A DNA stretch of 62,018 nucleotides, counting the filler. It is 7 parts of 7 records of this genome, joined end to end, with 100 filler letters (N's around TTAATTAATTAA, not from the genome) between each part and the next. Parts side by side here need not be neighbours in the genome. Positions count along the whole stretch, not along the records: positions 21,157 to 25,061 come from SRR7504441_9062; positions 25,162 to 45,272 come from SRR7504441_9065; 5 more parts are not named here. One strand, given 5' to 3'. Numbering within the stretch: position 1 is the stretch's first letter; each line of letters starts with the position of its first letter. The notes under the pieces are model-generated. The model searched no databases, was not told the origin of the DNA, and was given only the letters and a program-made list of their open reading frames with translations. Of the stretch, positions 21,238 through 32,998 are shown in pieces. The position numbers and the translations under genes are program-made.

Positions 21238-24200
21238 CTAGTTCAGTCCCAACTCGGCGCTGACCGATCCTATTAGCTTTAGCACCGCTTGCTGACCAAT
21301 TCTGGCTGTGATCGCCTCCAGCTCGGCCACGACCACAGCTCGCAGATCCAGCTCTCTAATCAGCTGGTCCGCCTGCAGCCATCTACCAGCCCGTTCGCCC
21401 TCGATAATTGCAGCGCACAGCTCGTCCGGTTCGCCTGCCACCAACACTCACAGCCCTGCCAGTATATCCAACAGCATACCTCGTGCCACAATCAGTTCGT
21501 GCCCTAGGTCATCTGGCCGCCCGCCCTGCGCCAGCTGCCCCACAACAGGTCAGCCTCCAAGCTGGTGGTGGGGCCCACCGCACGCAACACCGCGGCAGCA
21601 CCGGCCACCGCCTGTGGCAATAGCAAGGCCAGCTGCTCATCAGGGAGCCACCGAACCATCCCGAGCCCAGCTGCAATCATCAGGCGACGCTGGAGCAGCC
21701 CCGTACTCCCACCGGCCTCACGCACCTGCAGCCCCTTTGGCCATCGCTCCAGCTACCAACTTTCACCATCGCGGCGGCAAGGGCTTCCAGAGCGCGCACT
21801 GGCTCTTGAGCACTGATCAGCTGCGGAAAGAGCTGGCCCGGCTGCACGCACCAACCACGCGCCACGACCACGCCTAGTGAAGCCAAAACTACCCGTGAGC
21901 GCCCAGCGGGCTGCATCCACAGTCAGGGTTGGCGTTTCAGCTCGCACGCACCTCGATGAGCGCTCGGCTAGCCGCAGCAATGATCGAGGCCGCAGCTGGG
22001 AGTAAACCCGCTGGGAGTTGGCTCAATGCCGCAACACAACAGTCGGCCACCAGCACCAGCCCCCTGCCGATGATCAAACCAGACCTGGCAGGAGCGAACC
22101 GATCGCGCAATTTGTCTGTGGCCAGCTGCTCGGCACACCAAGTCAGCAGCTCCTGGCCCGGCTCCGAGGGAAGCATTTCTGGGCCCCAGTGCAGGCTGTA
22201 CAGATTGGCCAGCGCCAGCTCGGCCTGTCCACTCACAATTAAACAACCCAAGCGGCGCAATTCGGATCACCTCCATCCAGTCTGGTTGGGTTCGCAGGAG
22301 CCGCACCAGCCCCGGGACCAGCTCAACCGCCACCGGGCTTCGACCAAGTGGGCCGGACAGCGTAGTATGCCAGAGCGATAGAGCGTCCTGCCCCAAACGT
22401 CAATCAAATCGGACTCGAAGACACCTCGTGCAGCTGCTCATGCTCTGGCTGCTCGAGCACCAGCTTGATCAGCGGGAACGCCACATTAGCTAGCTCTATA
22501 TGATCAGGGCACAGTCTCACGAGCTGAGCCACCATCCGCATCACAGCCCCCTGGATCGGACTTACCGCACCGCTCGCTAAAGGTTCACCTTGATTGCTGC
22601 TTGGCTGCTACTACTGTCCACCATCCACAGCCTGGACACTTGGGGCAGGATCGCACGAGCAGCCGTGATTGCCTGCTCTCCCAGCATTGCCAGCATTAGA
22701 CCGACAGTCTCCAGTGCGGCCAGTGTGTTCTCGCCGGATTCGCATTGGTCGACTAGCTCGAACAGCCCTTCAAGTGCAGTGCAGCAGTGTCCCGCCATGA
22801 GATCAGGTTCAAACCCAGGCGCCGAGAGTAGTTGACACAGCGACCCGACAGCCTCCAGCCGAAGCACCACCGGTCGGCCGGGCTGCAGCATCGAGACCAC
22901 GTGCCCATAGATCTGGCCACCCAGCTTCAGCCTGCCGGCCAGCCATCGACCACCTCGGCCCGCAGCACGTCCGAGAGCTCAGCGCCAAACGCGCCTATCG
23001 CCAGCAAGCAGCGCCGTTGGAGTACAATGTCAGACTGCGCGCTCCCACATGCTGCGCTGCCCAGGTCTGAGCGGGCAGCAGGAATGGACAGTACCGCATC
23101 TCTGGTGCCAATGTGCCGGCCAGCCAGCGGTTGTAATCGAAACTCTCGCCCAGATAGCTGGCAGCCAGCCCAAGCGCGCTGTAGCAGCTGTCTTTGAGCT
23201 TGACCACACGCATGGCCTGCAGCCTCTGCACCGCTCCCATCTGCGCCCCACTGGGTGGCAGGGCGATCTGCCGGCTCTGCTCCACAAGGTCAAGCACGGC
23301 CTGTCGCGCCAAAGCTCAGCTGGGGCCAGCCAGCCTGCACCTGGATGGTCGGCTGAGGCTGTCGGTCTAAGAGCGCTACTAGCAGCGACTCGCCCCCGGA
23401 GCGCAGCCCGCACTTCCAGTGGGAGGCTTGATTGGCCACGAAGAATTCCTCCGGCTCGGCGATCAGCATGTCGATCTCATGCTGCTGGAGGATAAGGAAA
23501 CGCTCGACCTGCTCGACCGCTTAATCGATCCGAATCAGCCACGCACCAGCAACTGCACCAGGGCCTGCACACGGGCCGGCTGCATCCATTCGCCCAGCAC
23601 GCGCCGGCCGGTGGCCAGCGCCTTACTCGAGCCGAATCCGCCGCCATACTCCGGGCACCTGGCCTCCCGCCTTGGCATGTGCTGAGCAGTGCTCCCCACC
23701 GAAGCAGCTCAGCCAGCAGTTTGAGCGCCGCCTGCGCCCATCGGACTGCCCCGGGCCCGGCGGCCGGTTGGCTCTGTCCAATGTCCTGCAGATGGCTCCA
23801 GGCCAGCTCCAGCACAGCCTGCCAAGCAGTCGCCACCAGCCGTGCGGTAAAGCACCTTCAGGCTCGATTCTAGCAGTACTGGTTTCTCCTGCAGTTTAAG
23901 CAGCCCGCCGCCCAGTCCGCCCAGCACAGTGTCCGCGGCCGCCGCCGCCGCTCCCCCGCGTACTCGGCATCGCTGGCAGAAGACCTGGATCTGGGCACAA
24001 CTCTCCACTATCTGAACGGGTCCACTCCCAGGCTCGCCTGCCGCCAGCAACAGAAGCCGCACCACCGCCTGCACCCCAACTCTGTGCCTGGCCAAGCCGG
24101 GTGCCGCACCTTTAGCGCCCGACACACCGCGGCTGCGGGCTCGGTGAGCTTGCTCGCAGCGCCGCTCGGATCTGCTATCCGCTCTGCACTGCACTCACGC

Positions 24201-24814
24201 AATGCGGCCGCAGCCTCCGCCGCTGCATCCGGCGGTGGGGCGGCCGCAGCCAGCTCCCGGCAGAGCGCAGCTTGCTGCCCGGCCCAGGCCGGTTGCACCC
24301 GCTGCAGCCAGCCGAGGGCAGATTCGGCCAGGGTCGAGCGGTCCGCCGGCAGCCGGCGGGAGCTGAGCTGCTTGAGCACGACCAGCAGCCCGTCAGAGGC
24401 CACGTGAAGCCCGCCGGCCGAACCCGGCTGCTCCACCGCCGCCACCAGCTGCTCGACCAGCCCAGGCCACTTGCTGGGCCAGTCTGACCGGGCCAGCCGC
24501 CCGAGCGCTTGGGTCAGGTGGGCTGCCAGCGGACGCGGCACTCTCCCGAGCGCCGGGAGCAGCCCAGCCCGCACCGCCGCCCGATCCGGCTCGGCCAGCG
24601 CGGTCCACCGGCGGCTGGCGTGGTTCTTGAAGCACACAGCCGCCAGCTGGCGGCAGGCGGGCTCGGCGTGGTCGCAGGCCACGAACTGGAGCAGCCGGGG
24701 CAGGAAGCCGGCGGTGCTGTCGGCGTGGTCCACCAGGGCGCGCTCCGCCGGCAGACGGACTGCTGGCTCGGGCTGGAGCGCGCGCTGCAGCCAGTCGGAG
24801 AGCTCGCTGTCCAT
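21238..24814 (-). CDS. IPO11: Importin-11-like karyopherin beta
   Basis: IBN_N motif AVRLPAERAL..RQLAAVCFKNHASRRW, LARSDWPSKWPGL, KQLSSRRL, LKDSCYSALGLAA; HEAT repeats; multiple short introns. Confidence 0.8.
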
Positions 24815-25061
24815 CGCGCGCGAGGCTCTTACCGCCCGGCGGTGTTGGGCCGTTGAGAGCTGGGCAGGATCGTCGATGGCTCTCATGACTAGGAATTCCT
24901 ACTCGTACGACACATTATTAGACTACACTTCGTGGTTACACAATTATTTACACAAACGCTAGATCGTACATAAAAAGTACCGGCAAAGCTCTACATCAGC
25001 CCCAGGCGGAGCTCTACACTCATCACTGCATTGCATATCAATGTCCAATAGGTTCAATAGG

Positions 25062-25161
25062 NNNNNNNNNNNNNNNNNNNNNNNNNNNNNNNNNNNNNNN
25101 NNNNNTTAATTAATTAANNNNNNNNNNNNNNNNNNNNNNNNNNNNNNNNNNNNNNNNNNNN
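25062..25161. other. Artificial contig spacer
   Basis: N44-TTAATTAATTAA-N44. Confidence 0.98.
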
Positions 25162-25293
25162 AGAACGCTCCAGTGGCGTACTTCCAGGCCCGGCTCTCGG
25201 CCTGGTGCTTGGCATCAGGCCCTTCCGCGGCCTCGGCGGGAAGCGAGGCGTACTCGTCCTCGTTCGGACCGATGAGATTGTCAGTTAGCGCCA
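25162..25293 (-). CDS. 5' fragment of an unknown gene
   Basis: MALTDNLIGPNEDEYASL... is open to the contig end and divergent from the next gene. Confidence 0.45.
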
Positions 25294-25363
25294 TCGCATG
25301 AGGACAAGTCACCAGATTCCAGACTCTCTCTCCTCCGCGGCCGCTCGAGCAGAGACGCACAGT

Positions 25364-26410
25364 ATGCCGGATCGACCACCGGACCTGGGTTGCTCGGGCA
25401 GCCAGCTGGTGTTGCTGGAGCACCTCAATCTGAACGTGGGCGCCGACTGGACTGAGCAGCTCGAGACCTTGTATTTTGGCATCCTGGGCGCCGTGCCCGA
25501 CCCGCGGGCCCCCGAGGTGCACCAGCGCACTGTGGCGGCCGGCGGGTCGCAGCGGGACCTGCGCTGGGCCAATCTGGGCTTCCAGCAGTTCCACCTGCCC
25601 TGCGTCCCGGCTGAGGCGTACCAGGCCGCCGGGCTGCCGCACTGGCGCAACCAGCAGGCCATCCCCGGCGTGATAGGAATCGAGTGGCAACCGGGCGCGC
25701 CGTTTGAGCGGATGTACGAACTGTGCCGGGGAGCCCAGGACGGCGCGGCGATACGAGAGCTGCGCCGTCTGGGCGATGTGATCGAGTTCCAGGCAGCTTG
25801 CGGGAATCGATTCCGGGTCAGCGCACAGCAGAGCCGGAGCTACATCGGCCCAAAGTTGGCGCTGCCGGTTGACAGCGTGCCAGCCCCGCTGCCAGGGGGG
25901 GCACCGCAGAGCGGAGTTCTGGGGATCCGGTACGTTGAGTTCTTTGTGCCGATGGGAGCGCTGGGCACGATTGCAGCCACTTACAGCACCGTGTTCCGAC
26001 GGGCCAAGGTGTTGTGCTTCGCAGACGACCAGCCGTGTCAGCCGGACGCAGATGGGCTGAGTCGAGTAGAGGTTTGTGTCGGCCACGAGGCCAACAGTCA
26101 GCAGCTTCGGTTCAGCAGCGGCGAGCCTGGGCAGTGGGATGGGCACCACATCGCCATTTACGTCAACGATTTTGTCGGGGCGTACCAGGAGGCAAAGCAG
26201 CTCGGGATTATATTCGAGAATCCAGCCTTCCCTCAGTTTAGCTACGCCACTGTGGACGATGCGCTGAGGCATGACGAGTTTCGGTTCAAGGACTTTGTCA
26301 GCCTAGAGACTGGGGCATTGGTATTTGAGCTCGAGCACGAAGTGCGGAGCCTTCGCCATCCTGGGTTTGCAGTGAACAAACACGTCTGGTTCTCTCAAGA
26401 TGAGCCGTAA
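25364..26410 (+). CDS. Glyoxalase/VOC-fold-like protein
   Basis: LEHLNLNV, GAVPDPR, WANLGFQQFHLP, WDGHHIAIYVNDF, FELEHEVRSLRHP; intronless. Confidence 0.7.
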   Translation: MPDRPPDLGCSGSQLVLLEHLNLNVGADWTEQLETLYFGILGAVPDPRAPEVHQRTVAAGGSQRDLRWANLGFQQFHLPCVPAEAYQAAGLPHWRNQQAIPGVIGIEWQPGAPFERMYELCRGAQDGAAIRELRRLGDVIEFQAACGNRFRVSAQQSRSYIGPKLALPVDSVPAPLPGGAPQSGVLGIRYVEFFVPMGALGTIAATYSTVFRRAKVLCFADDQPCQPDADGLSRVEVCVGHEANSQQLRFSSGEPGQWDGHHIAIYVNDFVGAYQEAKQLGIIFENPAFPQFSYATVDDALRHDEFRFKDFVSLETGALVFELEHEVRSLRHPGFAVNKHVWFSQDEP

Positions 26411-26493
26411 GCCGTTATATTTAAAGTAGTGATCAACCGACTGATATAAACATGGTTTACTACGAATGCCGTGGACTGTGTCCAGAGTATTGA

Positions 26494-28003
26494 TCATATC
26501 ACGGGTGCTATTCTATCTAGCGCGATTGACTGCCCGTGCCGCACAAATTCTTGGCCTTCAGATTCTCCCAATTTGCCCTCCGAGCACCAGGGCGTCGTCT
26601 CATCAAACATGCTCAAATCAATGTTCAGTATGCCACTCGGAGCGCGGGACAAAGTATCGCAAAACCTTCGCCCGAAGCAGATCTCTCCCTTCACATACGA
26701 GTGACGAACTTCAAAAGTATTGCCGGTGGCCGAAGAAGTGGCCTGGACCACGCACACTATCTCCCATTCGTGCATCGTGTGCGCATCTAGATCCTTTAGA
26801 GGACTGGCATCGTCTATCAGATGCCGCACGCACCAGGGCAGCTGCAGGCAGGGCGGGGCCTCATTCACTAGCTCGAGCTCATAGCACTTGAGATCCAGCC
26901 CAGTCTGCCAGATCTGCCGGCCGGTCTCGCCCGGAGTGTACGTGGTTGGGAAAACAGAGTGTCTGATCGCAATCAGCTTGACATTTGCGTCGACAGTTGG
27001 CTCAGCTGGCAAGTGGTGCACTCGGATTTCGAGCACTCTTGGACCATCGAACGGGCCGTAGATCACTCCCACCTTGGAGCACCGAATTGTCTCCTCCCGC
27101 CTATTAGCCTGGACGGTCATCAGAGGCCGGCTACCGCGTGGTTGCACCCGTGATATCGATCCGAAGAAGACTCCGATACTGTAAGAATCAACGAGCACGC
27201 TGATCACCACCGCTAGCCCACTCAGCACCTACAGCGCGAGTCATACGGCCGGCCAGCGCTTCATGCCTGGGCCGCCGGGGTCACAGGGTAGCTCGTGCCG
27301 TACCCAACTGTAGTCAGCGATTGCCAAGCTACTTGGTAGCACAGCTGGCCCGCTCTCAGCCCGGGCTTACGGCCCGGACGGCTACCCAGAAGGTGGACGG
27401 ATCGAGCTCGGTGCTGTCATTGAACGAGCCCGGGTCGATCGACTCCACAACCATAAACAGCGCCGTGAAGCTCAGGAAGCATACAGCATATGTTATAATG
27501 AACCAGAGCGCCAGCCAGCCCATCTCTGTATTGATCAGCGTGTGGTACGCTGCCCCCACCCTCAGCCGCCCCCCCCCCAGCCTGCCAGCGCACGATCGGA
27601 CCACAGCAGCGACCAGTAAGGCACCGGCCGGTCCAGCTGCCCGGCCCATCAGCCTAACTGGTCCGGCCCACACCGTGAAAAAGCCAGGCCGGTGGTGCGA
27701 GCCGAGCCCGGTGGTCCAGCAGCACCGCTTGCGGGCGATGGCGTCTAGCTCATCGGTATTCAGCTGGCCGTCTTTGTCCAAGTCCAACTCTTCAAACGAC
27801 GACGCCCCGCTCGGAGTCTGTAGCTGCCGGGCCACCCATTCGCTGCCCTCGAGCTCAGCCCGGCCCAGCCCGGCGGCCCACTCGTGCGTGATGCTGCTCG
27901 CCTCGCCGTGCGTCCGCCGGGCTCGGGCGCCGTACATTGTGGCCGGTTCGGGGTGCCGGGAGACTAGCCGCACCAGAGGGCCCACCGGTCGCGACCCGGC
28001 CAT
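26494..28003 (-). CDS. Inward-rectifier K+ channel (Kir) with N-terminal EF-hand
   Basis: M1 helix WLALWFIITYAVCFLSFTALF; pore AWQSLTTVGYG after splicing; M2 helix; cytoplasmic TGNTFEVRHSY..FGRRF..IDLSMFDET; EF loop DLDKDGQLNTDE; start codon uncertain. Confidence 0.9.
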
Positions 28004-28228
28004 TGGGTGCCAGGTGGCCCGGCCGCGGGCCAGGGGGTTGGGCCTGGTGGCATCGGGTGCGTCGATCGGACAGGACTGCGAGCGGCCCAGTGGGTCCGCG
28101 CGCTCTCTGGCTGCCATCCCGGCCGGCTGGTGCGACCGCTGTCAGGCGCTGTGCGCAAGCCGGCAAGGTCGGTCCAACGGCCGCGGCCGCCCGCTCAATC
28201 AGCCGGCCGGCCGACCTCTTGCACCAGA

Positions 28229-31200
28229 ATGCTCCAGCCTGCGGGAGCGCTGGTGGCCCCGGTGTCGGCGGTGGAGTTCGTGTCCGCGGCGGAGGTATGC
28301 CTGGCGGTGGGCCCGTCGCTCCGGCGATACAGCCTGCCCTCCGGCCGGTTGCTCGCCGCATCCCAGCCGCTGCAGCAAGGAGCGCGCGTCCACGGAATCG
28401 CTACGGGCGGTCCGGACCGGCTGCTCGTGCACGGGCGCAAGCAGCTGGCGCTGGTCCGCCTGGCTGACCCGGCGATCGAGCTGGAGTACCGGGCCGCCAC
28501 TCCCGACTGGCTGCTGACCGCTCGGCGGCTGGGCTCGGGATTGATTGTGGCCGGGATGGCTCACAACCAGTTACTGCTGCTCGATCCTACTGGAGCCGCC
28601 CAGGACCGGCTGCTGCCGTCGCCGCACAAGGTGCTGCTCTATTCGATGGCCGTCCACGGCGACCAGCCTGATCAGCTCCGAGTGGCGGCCGGGACTGCAA
28701 TCGGCGGGGTGTTGGTGTGGGAGACTGGCCCCGAGCCGGCCGTGCTATGGCGGATCTGCGGGCACGACGGGGTGATTTTCCGGGCGGTGTGGGTGGATCG
28801 GTCCTGCCTGCTGACCGCGTCGGATGACCGGACCGCCCGGGTGTGGAGGCTAGGGCAGCCGGGGGAGTACGAGCCTGGGCCGGTGCTCTACGGACACCGG
28901 GCGAGGGTCTGGGACGCCCAGGCACTCCCGGGCCAGGATGGGCCTAAGATTATCACGGCCAGTGAGGACGCGTCGGCGCGGGTGCGGGTTGGTAGGACTG
29001 TGCTGAGTGTGTGGAAGGTGTGGAACGGCGAAGGAGTGAGTGAAGCTGTTCTCGAAGGTCACCAAGGCAGGGGCGTGTGGCGGGTAGCGCTTTGGCCGTC
29101 TGCTGAGCAGCCGATGCTGGCGACGGCGGGGAACGACGGCACAGTGCGGATCTGGCGGCACCAGTTGGCTGCTGACGCTGTGGACGTGAGCTTTGAGCTT
29201 CCTCGCCCGGTGCACTGGGGAGCCGAGGAGCGGCGGGGTGTGGCACCGAGTGGGAGCGGGCTGAGATATCTGTGCCAGGGGAGATGGCCAAGTCGATACG
29301 CTGGGAGGGCGGCCAGCTCACTGTCGGGACCAATTGTGGGATGCTCTGGCAGCTGAGGCCGGAAGCAGGCTGGTCGGCCCTGCATAGCGACCATCGTTTC
29401 AGCTTCTGCTCAGTCCGTTGGGTCGAGCTATCCGGTGCTGGCAAGCTACTGCTGGCGGGAACTGGTGCGCCGCCCCCCCTGCCGATCCGCCTGACCTGGT
29501 GGTCTAGGCACTGGAGAGCTGCTGCTTATATCGGGCACACACGCCTGGCCCGCTGTGGTCAAGTCAGTGCACACTATACCCATTCTCGACATGTTCAGTG
29601 TGGGCGAGCCGACCAACCAGTCCGTGCTGGTGGCCTCCGGGGACGGGCAGCTTCACTGGTTCGCGCTCGGGTGGGACTCGACACTAGGACGGCCTCAACT
29701 CGAGCTCTCCGCGACGCTCTGTGGCAGCACCAAGGCCAGGATCACGGCCGTCTGCGCCTGGCCTGATAGAGGGATGGTGGTCTGTGGCACCTCGTGCGGT
29801 GGACTTGAAGGCTTCCGGGCTCCGGATCCCGCGGCTGGGCAGGTTTAGTCCCCGGGCGGCAGCCTGGGTGACGGTGTGGTGCACAGGTGAACATTCCATC
29901 ATGCTTTGTCGCGAAGAAAGTGCACAAGAGCGAGAGAGTGACTCAGATTTGGATTGAGCAAGACGCAGGCGAGAGCAGCCAGGCTGTGCAGCCGCTCAGT
30001 TTCGGGTGCAGTGTTTTCGGCGGGGCGGGATGGGTCAATATTTAGGCTGCAGTTTAATGATCCGGATGCGGGTCCGGTCGTGTGTGGAGTGCAGAGAGTC
30101 GGGGACACGGTGTCCCTGATCGACTCCGTGAGACCCGTGACCAACGGCCTGCTCGTGTCTGGCACCAGAGCCAGTAAATTTGTGGTGTACGACACGGCTA
30201 GGCGATCTGTACTGCTCCAGGTGGCTTGGCGCTGCACAGCGCCTGAGCGAGAGTCGGCAGACCACTTGCGGGGGCTCCAAGCGGCCAATGGACCTTCAGA
30301 TTTGCAAAGCGGAGGACGGCGAGCTGGACGAGCTCAAGTTGGCATTCTACAAGGACGGGCTGGTTCACCTGCACTGCAAGAATGTCAGGGGCGGCTGGTC
30401 GCTCACAGCCGGTTTAGGCGCGCAGTTCCATGGCCGTGAGGTGCGGCCTGTTGAGCCAGTTTGCTGATTGTGGCGCAGGTGGTAGATGTGCTGCTGCTCG
30501 GAGCCAGCACATCTGGGTTCAGTGCATTGACAGCATCTGAAGATACAACGATTCGGATGACAGTCCATCAGGATAGCCAGCTGAGCAGTGGCTGGCGGCT
30601 GGAGGGGCACACGAGCTCAGTTCGTTCGCTCTGCGTGTGCGACGGGCTCCTCTTCTCTGCAGGCGGCGCAGCTGAGCTGATCGCCTGGCAGCTGCATCCC
30701 GACAGCAACTTACCGCCCTCGCGCCTAGCCTCGTTCTGTCTCGGCAGCGCTGCTGAAGAGGTGCTTTGGTTTACATGAGTAGTCCTAATAACAGGACGGT
30801 TGCAGGTTACCTCCCGATGCCTCGCTGTGAGGGTACTCCCCCTTGTGAGCGGCCAGGCTGGCTCTTACCTCGTGTTTGTGGCGGTCTCCGACTCCTCGAT
30901 CCAAGTTCTCAGCTTCGACATGGCCAGTGCCTCATTCATCTGGCGACAACAGCTCCAGAACCAACGAGGGCCAGTGCTCAGCCTGGAGTTGGCGGGATCC
31001 AGCGCTCAAGCTGCAGTGATGGTGACTGGCACTACAGACGGCACTGTGGCAGTCTGGCGGGTCGGCGGAGAGCATGACGCTGTCGAACTCGAGACTGTAA
31101 TACCAGGCTGCCACCAGTCTGGGGTCAATAGCCTTTCGATGCGGGCTGATGCTGCAAGCGCGTTGATTGAAGTTGCCTCAGGGGGCGACGACCAAGCGGT

Positions 31201-31593
31201 GACCAACCGGCTTAATTGGGGGCTGGTATGACTCAGGCACAGGTCGCGTTCACATCCTGGGACGCAGCGACAGCGACGCACACCACAATGAGCTGTACGG
31301 TGCACGGGGCCGCAGTGCGGGGGGTTCAGTTGGCGGAGCAATACGTGGTGTCTGCTGCGGCTGACCAGCGGGTCGTGCTGTGGAAACTTGGCGCCGAGCT
31401 CGTCCCAGCCGCGATGCTGCTACTCGAAGTGGCAGACTTGTCCACGCTAGTGGTCTCGCCCCGGCTTGAAGATGGGTCTCGGCTCGGGCTGGTTGCCGGC
31501 GTTGGCCTCGCATCGTTCTGGTGGCGTGAGGACGACTCCCTCGACGACGATGGTGCAAAGCGGCACAAGCACGGACACTCTCTAGCCTTATAA
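28229..31593 (+). CDS. WDR6: WD-repeat protein WDR6/Trm734-like (tRNA 2'-O-methyltransferase partner)
   Basis: GHDGVIF, TASDDRTARVW, LYGHRARVW, GHQGRGVW, FHGREV, LFSAGG, HQSGVNSL, SGGDDQA; multiple introns. Confidence 0.85.
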
Positions 31594-31720
31594 TCCATGT
31601 ACGATCGCGATTACGAGTATGAATCTTGTACATTCATTATGATACGAGTATATATACGCAGTGTAACGAGTTAGTAACGAGTACAGTTTCACCATTTTAT
31701 CATGCTCGCCACGCACGGAC

Positions 31721-32959
31721 TTACGCTGCGTTGCATAGCGGGCCATTTGATCTGATCCAGCGCTCGTCCACCGTTGTCACCTTGATTGTCCTTCGCTGAT
31801 AAGTATATCCAATGCGGATCTTACCATCAGCAGTTTGGACCACTGACGGGTAGCTGTAGCAGTCGCAGCTGGTCGGGCCGAGCCCTCCGAGCCTGTCCAC
31901 ACCCGGATGCTCCTCGATCACTCTCTTGACCTTGAAGCTTGCCCCGCCATCATCCGACAGCGCAACCGATAACTTATTCCGCAAATTGTGCTTGGTCTGG
32001 CCCTGCATGTCGTTGAACGCCACCAGAACCGCCCCAGAGTCCAGCACGACTGCCTGTATCCCGGCGTTGTTGTTCGGAAGCTCCGTTTGTTCCGGCTGGC
32101 TCCAGCTGCTGCCATCATTGCTCGAAACACTCGTATAAATCCATTCGGCCCTCCGGTCTCTGAAGAACGCCCGCAGGTGCGGCTGACCGGGTCTTAGGCG
32201 GACCACCGATGGCTGCACCAAGTACGAGCTGTTGCCAAACGCAGTGGATGGCCATCTGCTCCTCACTGAGGCACCTGGTGCTTTACGGAGCAGCTGACTG
32301 TGCTCATACTGGTGCCCGAGTGGCTTGAGAGACTCGTTGTACATGGGAAGCAGCCAGCCGCCGTCCAGCCCGACCACAAGCTTGTTCCGGCCCCAGCTGC
32401 CCACCTGCGGCGCCCACAGCTGCGCCGGGGCCCAGCTGTCGCCCCAATTCGTGCTCACGCTGAGCCACAGCTTGCCGTACCGCTCCTGGGACGGGACCGG
32501 GTCGTCCAGGGCCAACCGGTTGCCCTTGGGCTGGCGGGTGTGCCAGGCGTAGAGTGTGCCTGTGCTGGTGTCTGCGTGCAGCACCGGGTTCTGGGCCGAG
32601 AAGCCTTGCTGGCGGGAGACTAGCTGGGGGGTGGACCACTGGCTGCTGTTGCGGGCGAGGCGGGCGAAGACGATCCCGGTCATGTCCCAGCCCTCGACGT
32701 ACCCGCTGAACCAGGCCAGTCCGACCCCGGCCGGGGTGTCCAGCAGGAAGTTGCAGTGATTGGACGAGGCTTTGCACTCGGCGATTCCAGGGGGGCAGGC
32801 GGGCGCGATCATGTAAGCGTCCAGCCGGGCCGGATCAGACGCGCAGGCCCGCACGCGCCCGTCGAACGCTGGGCCGTCCGACACCGGCATCGCGCCGCAC
32901 GTCGCAAGCACCGCACACACGAGTACAGAGCCCAGCAAGGGCGCGCTCTTCATCGCCAT
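31721..32959 (-). CDS. Secreted BNR/Asp-box sialidase-like glycosidase
   Basis: Signal peptide; AWFSGYVEG, QNPVL, Asp boxes STNWGDSW / SSNDGSSW / SDDGGASF, LPNNNAG, YSYPSVVQ; intronless. Confidence 0.85.
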   Translation of the reverse strand: MAMKSAPLLGSVLVCAVLATCGAMPVSDGPAFDGRVRACASDPARLDAYMIAPACPPGIAECKASSNHCNFLLDTPAGVGLAWFSGYVEGWDMTGIVFARLARNSSQWSTPQLVSRQQGFSAQNPVLHADTSTGTLYAWHTRQPKGNRLALDDPVPSQERYGKLWLSVSTNWGDSWAPAQLWAPQVGSWGRNKLVVGLDGGWLLPMYNESLKPLGHQYEHSQLLRKAPGASVRSRWPSTAFGNSSYLVQPSVVRLRPGQPHLRAFFRDRRAEWIYTSVSSNDGSSWSQPEQTELPNNNAGIQAVVLDSGAVLVAFNDMQGQTKHNLRNKLSVALSDDGGASFKVKRVIEEHPGVDRLGGLGPTSCDCYSYPSVVQTADGKIRIGYTYQRRTIKVTTVDERWIRSNGPLCNAA

Positions 32960-32998
32960 CGAGTCGGGGCGACCAGATATTTTTTTTGGCTCTCGAAG
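32960..32998. promoter_or_regulatory. 39-bp bidirectional promoter region with CAGAT(A)T-tract motif
   Basis: Lies between divergent ATGs at 32959 and 32999; the motif recurs at 20927 and 39074. Confidence 0.5.

Noticed and set aside
25106-26272. Long antisense or overlapping ORFs (also 27321-28517, 36345-37271, 14561-16282 N-terminal part)
   Set aside because: Low-complexity Arg/Pro/Ala translations opposite recognisable genes; expected at high GC
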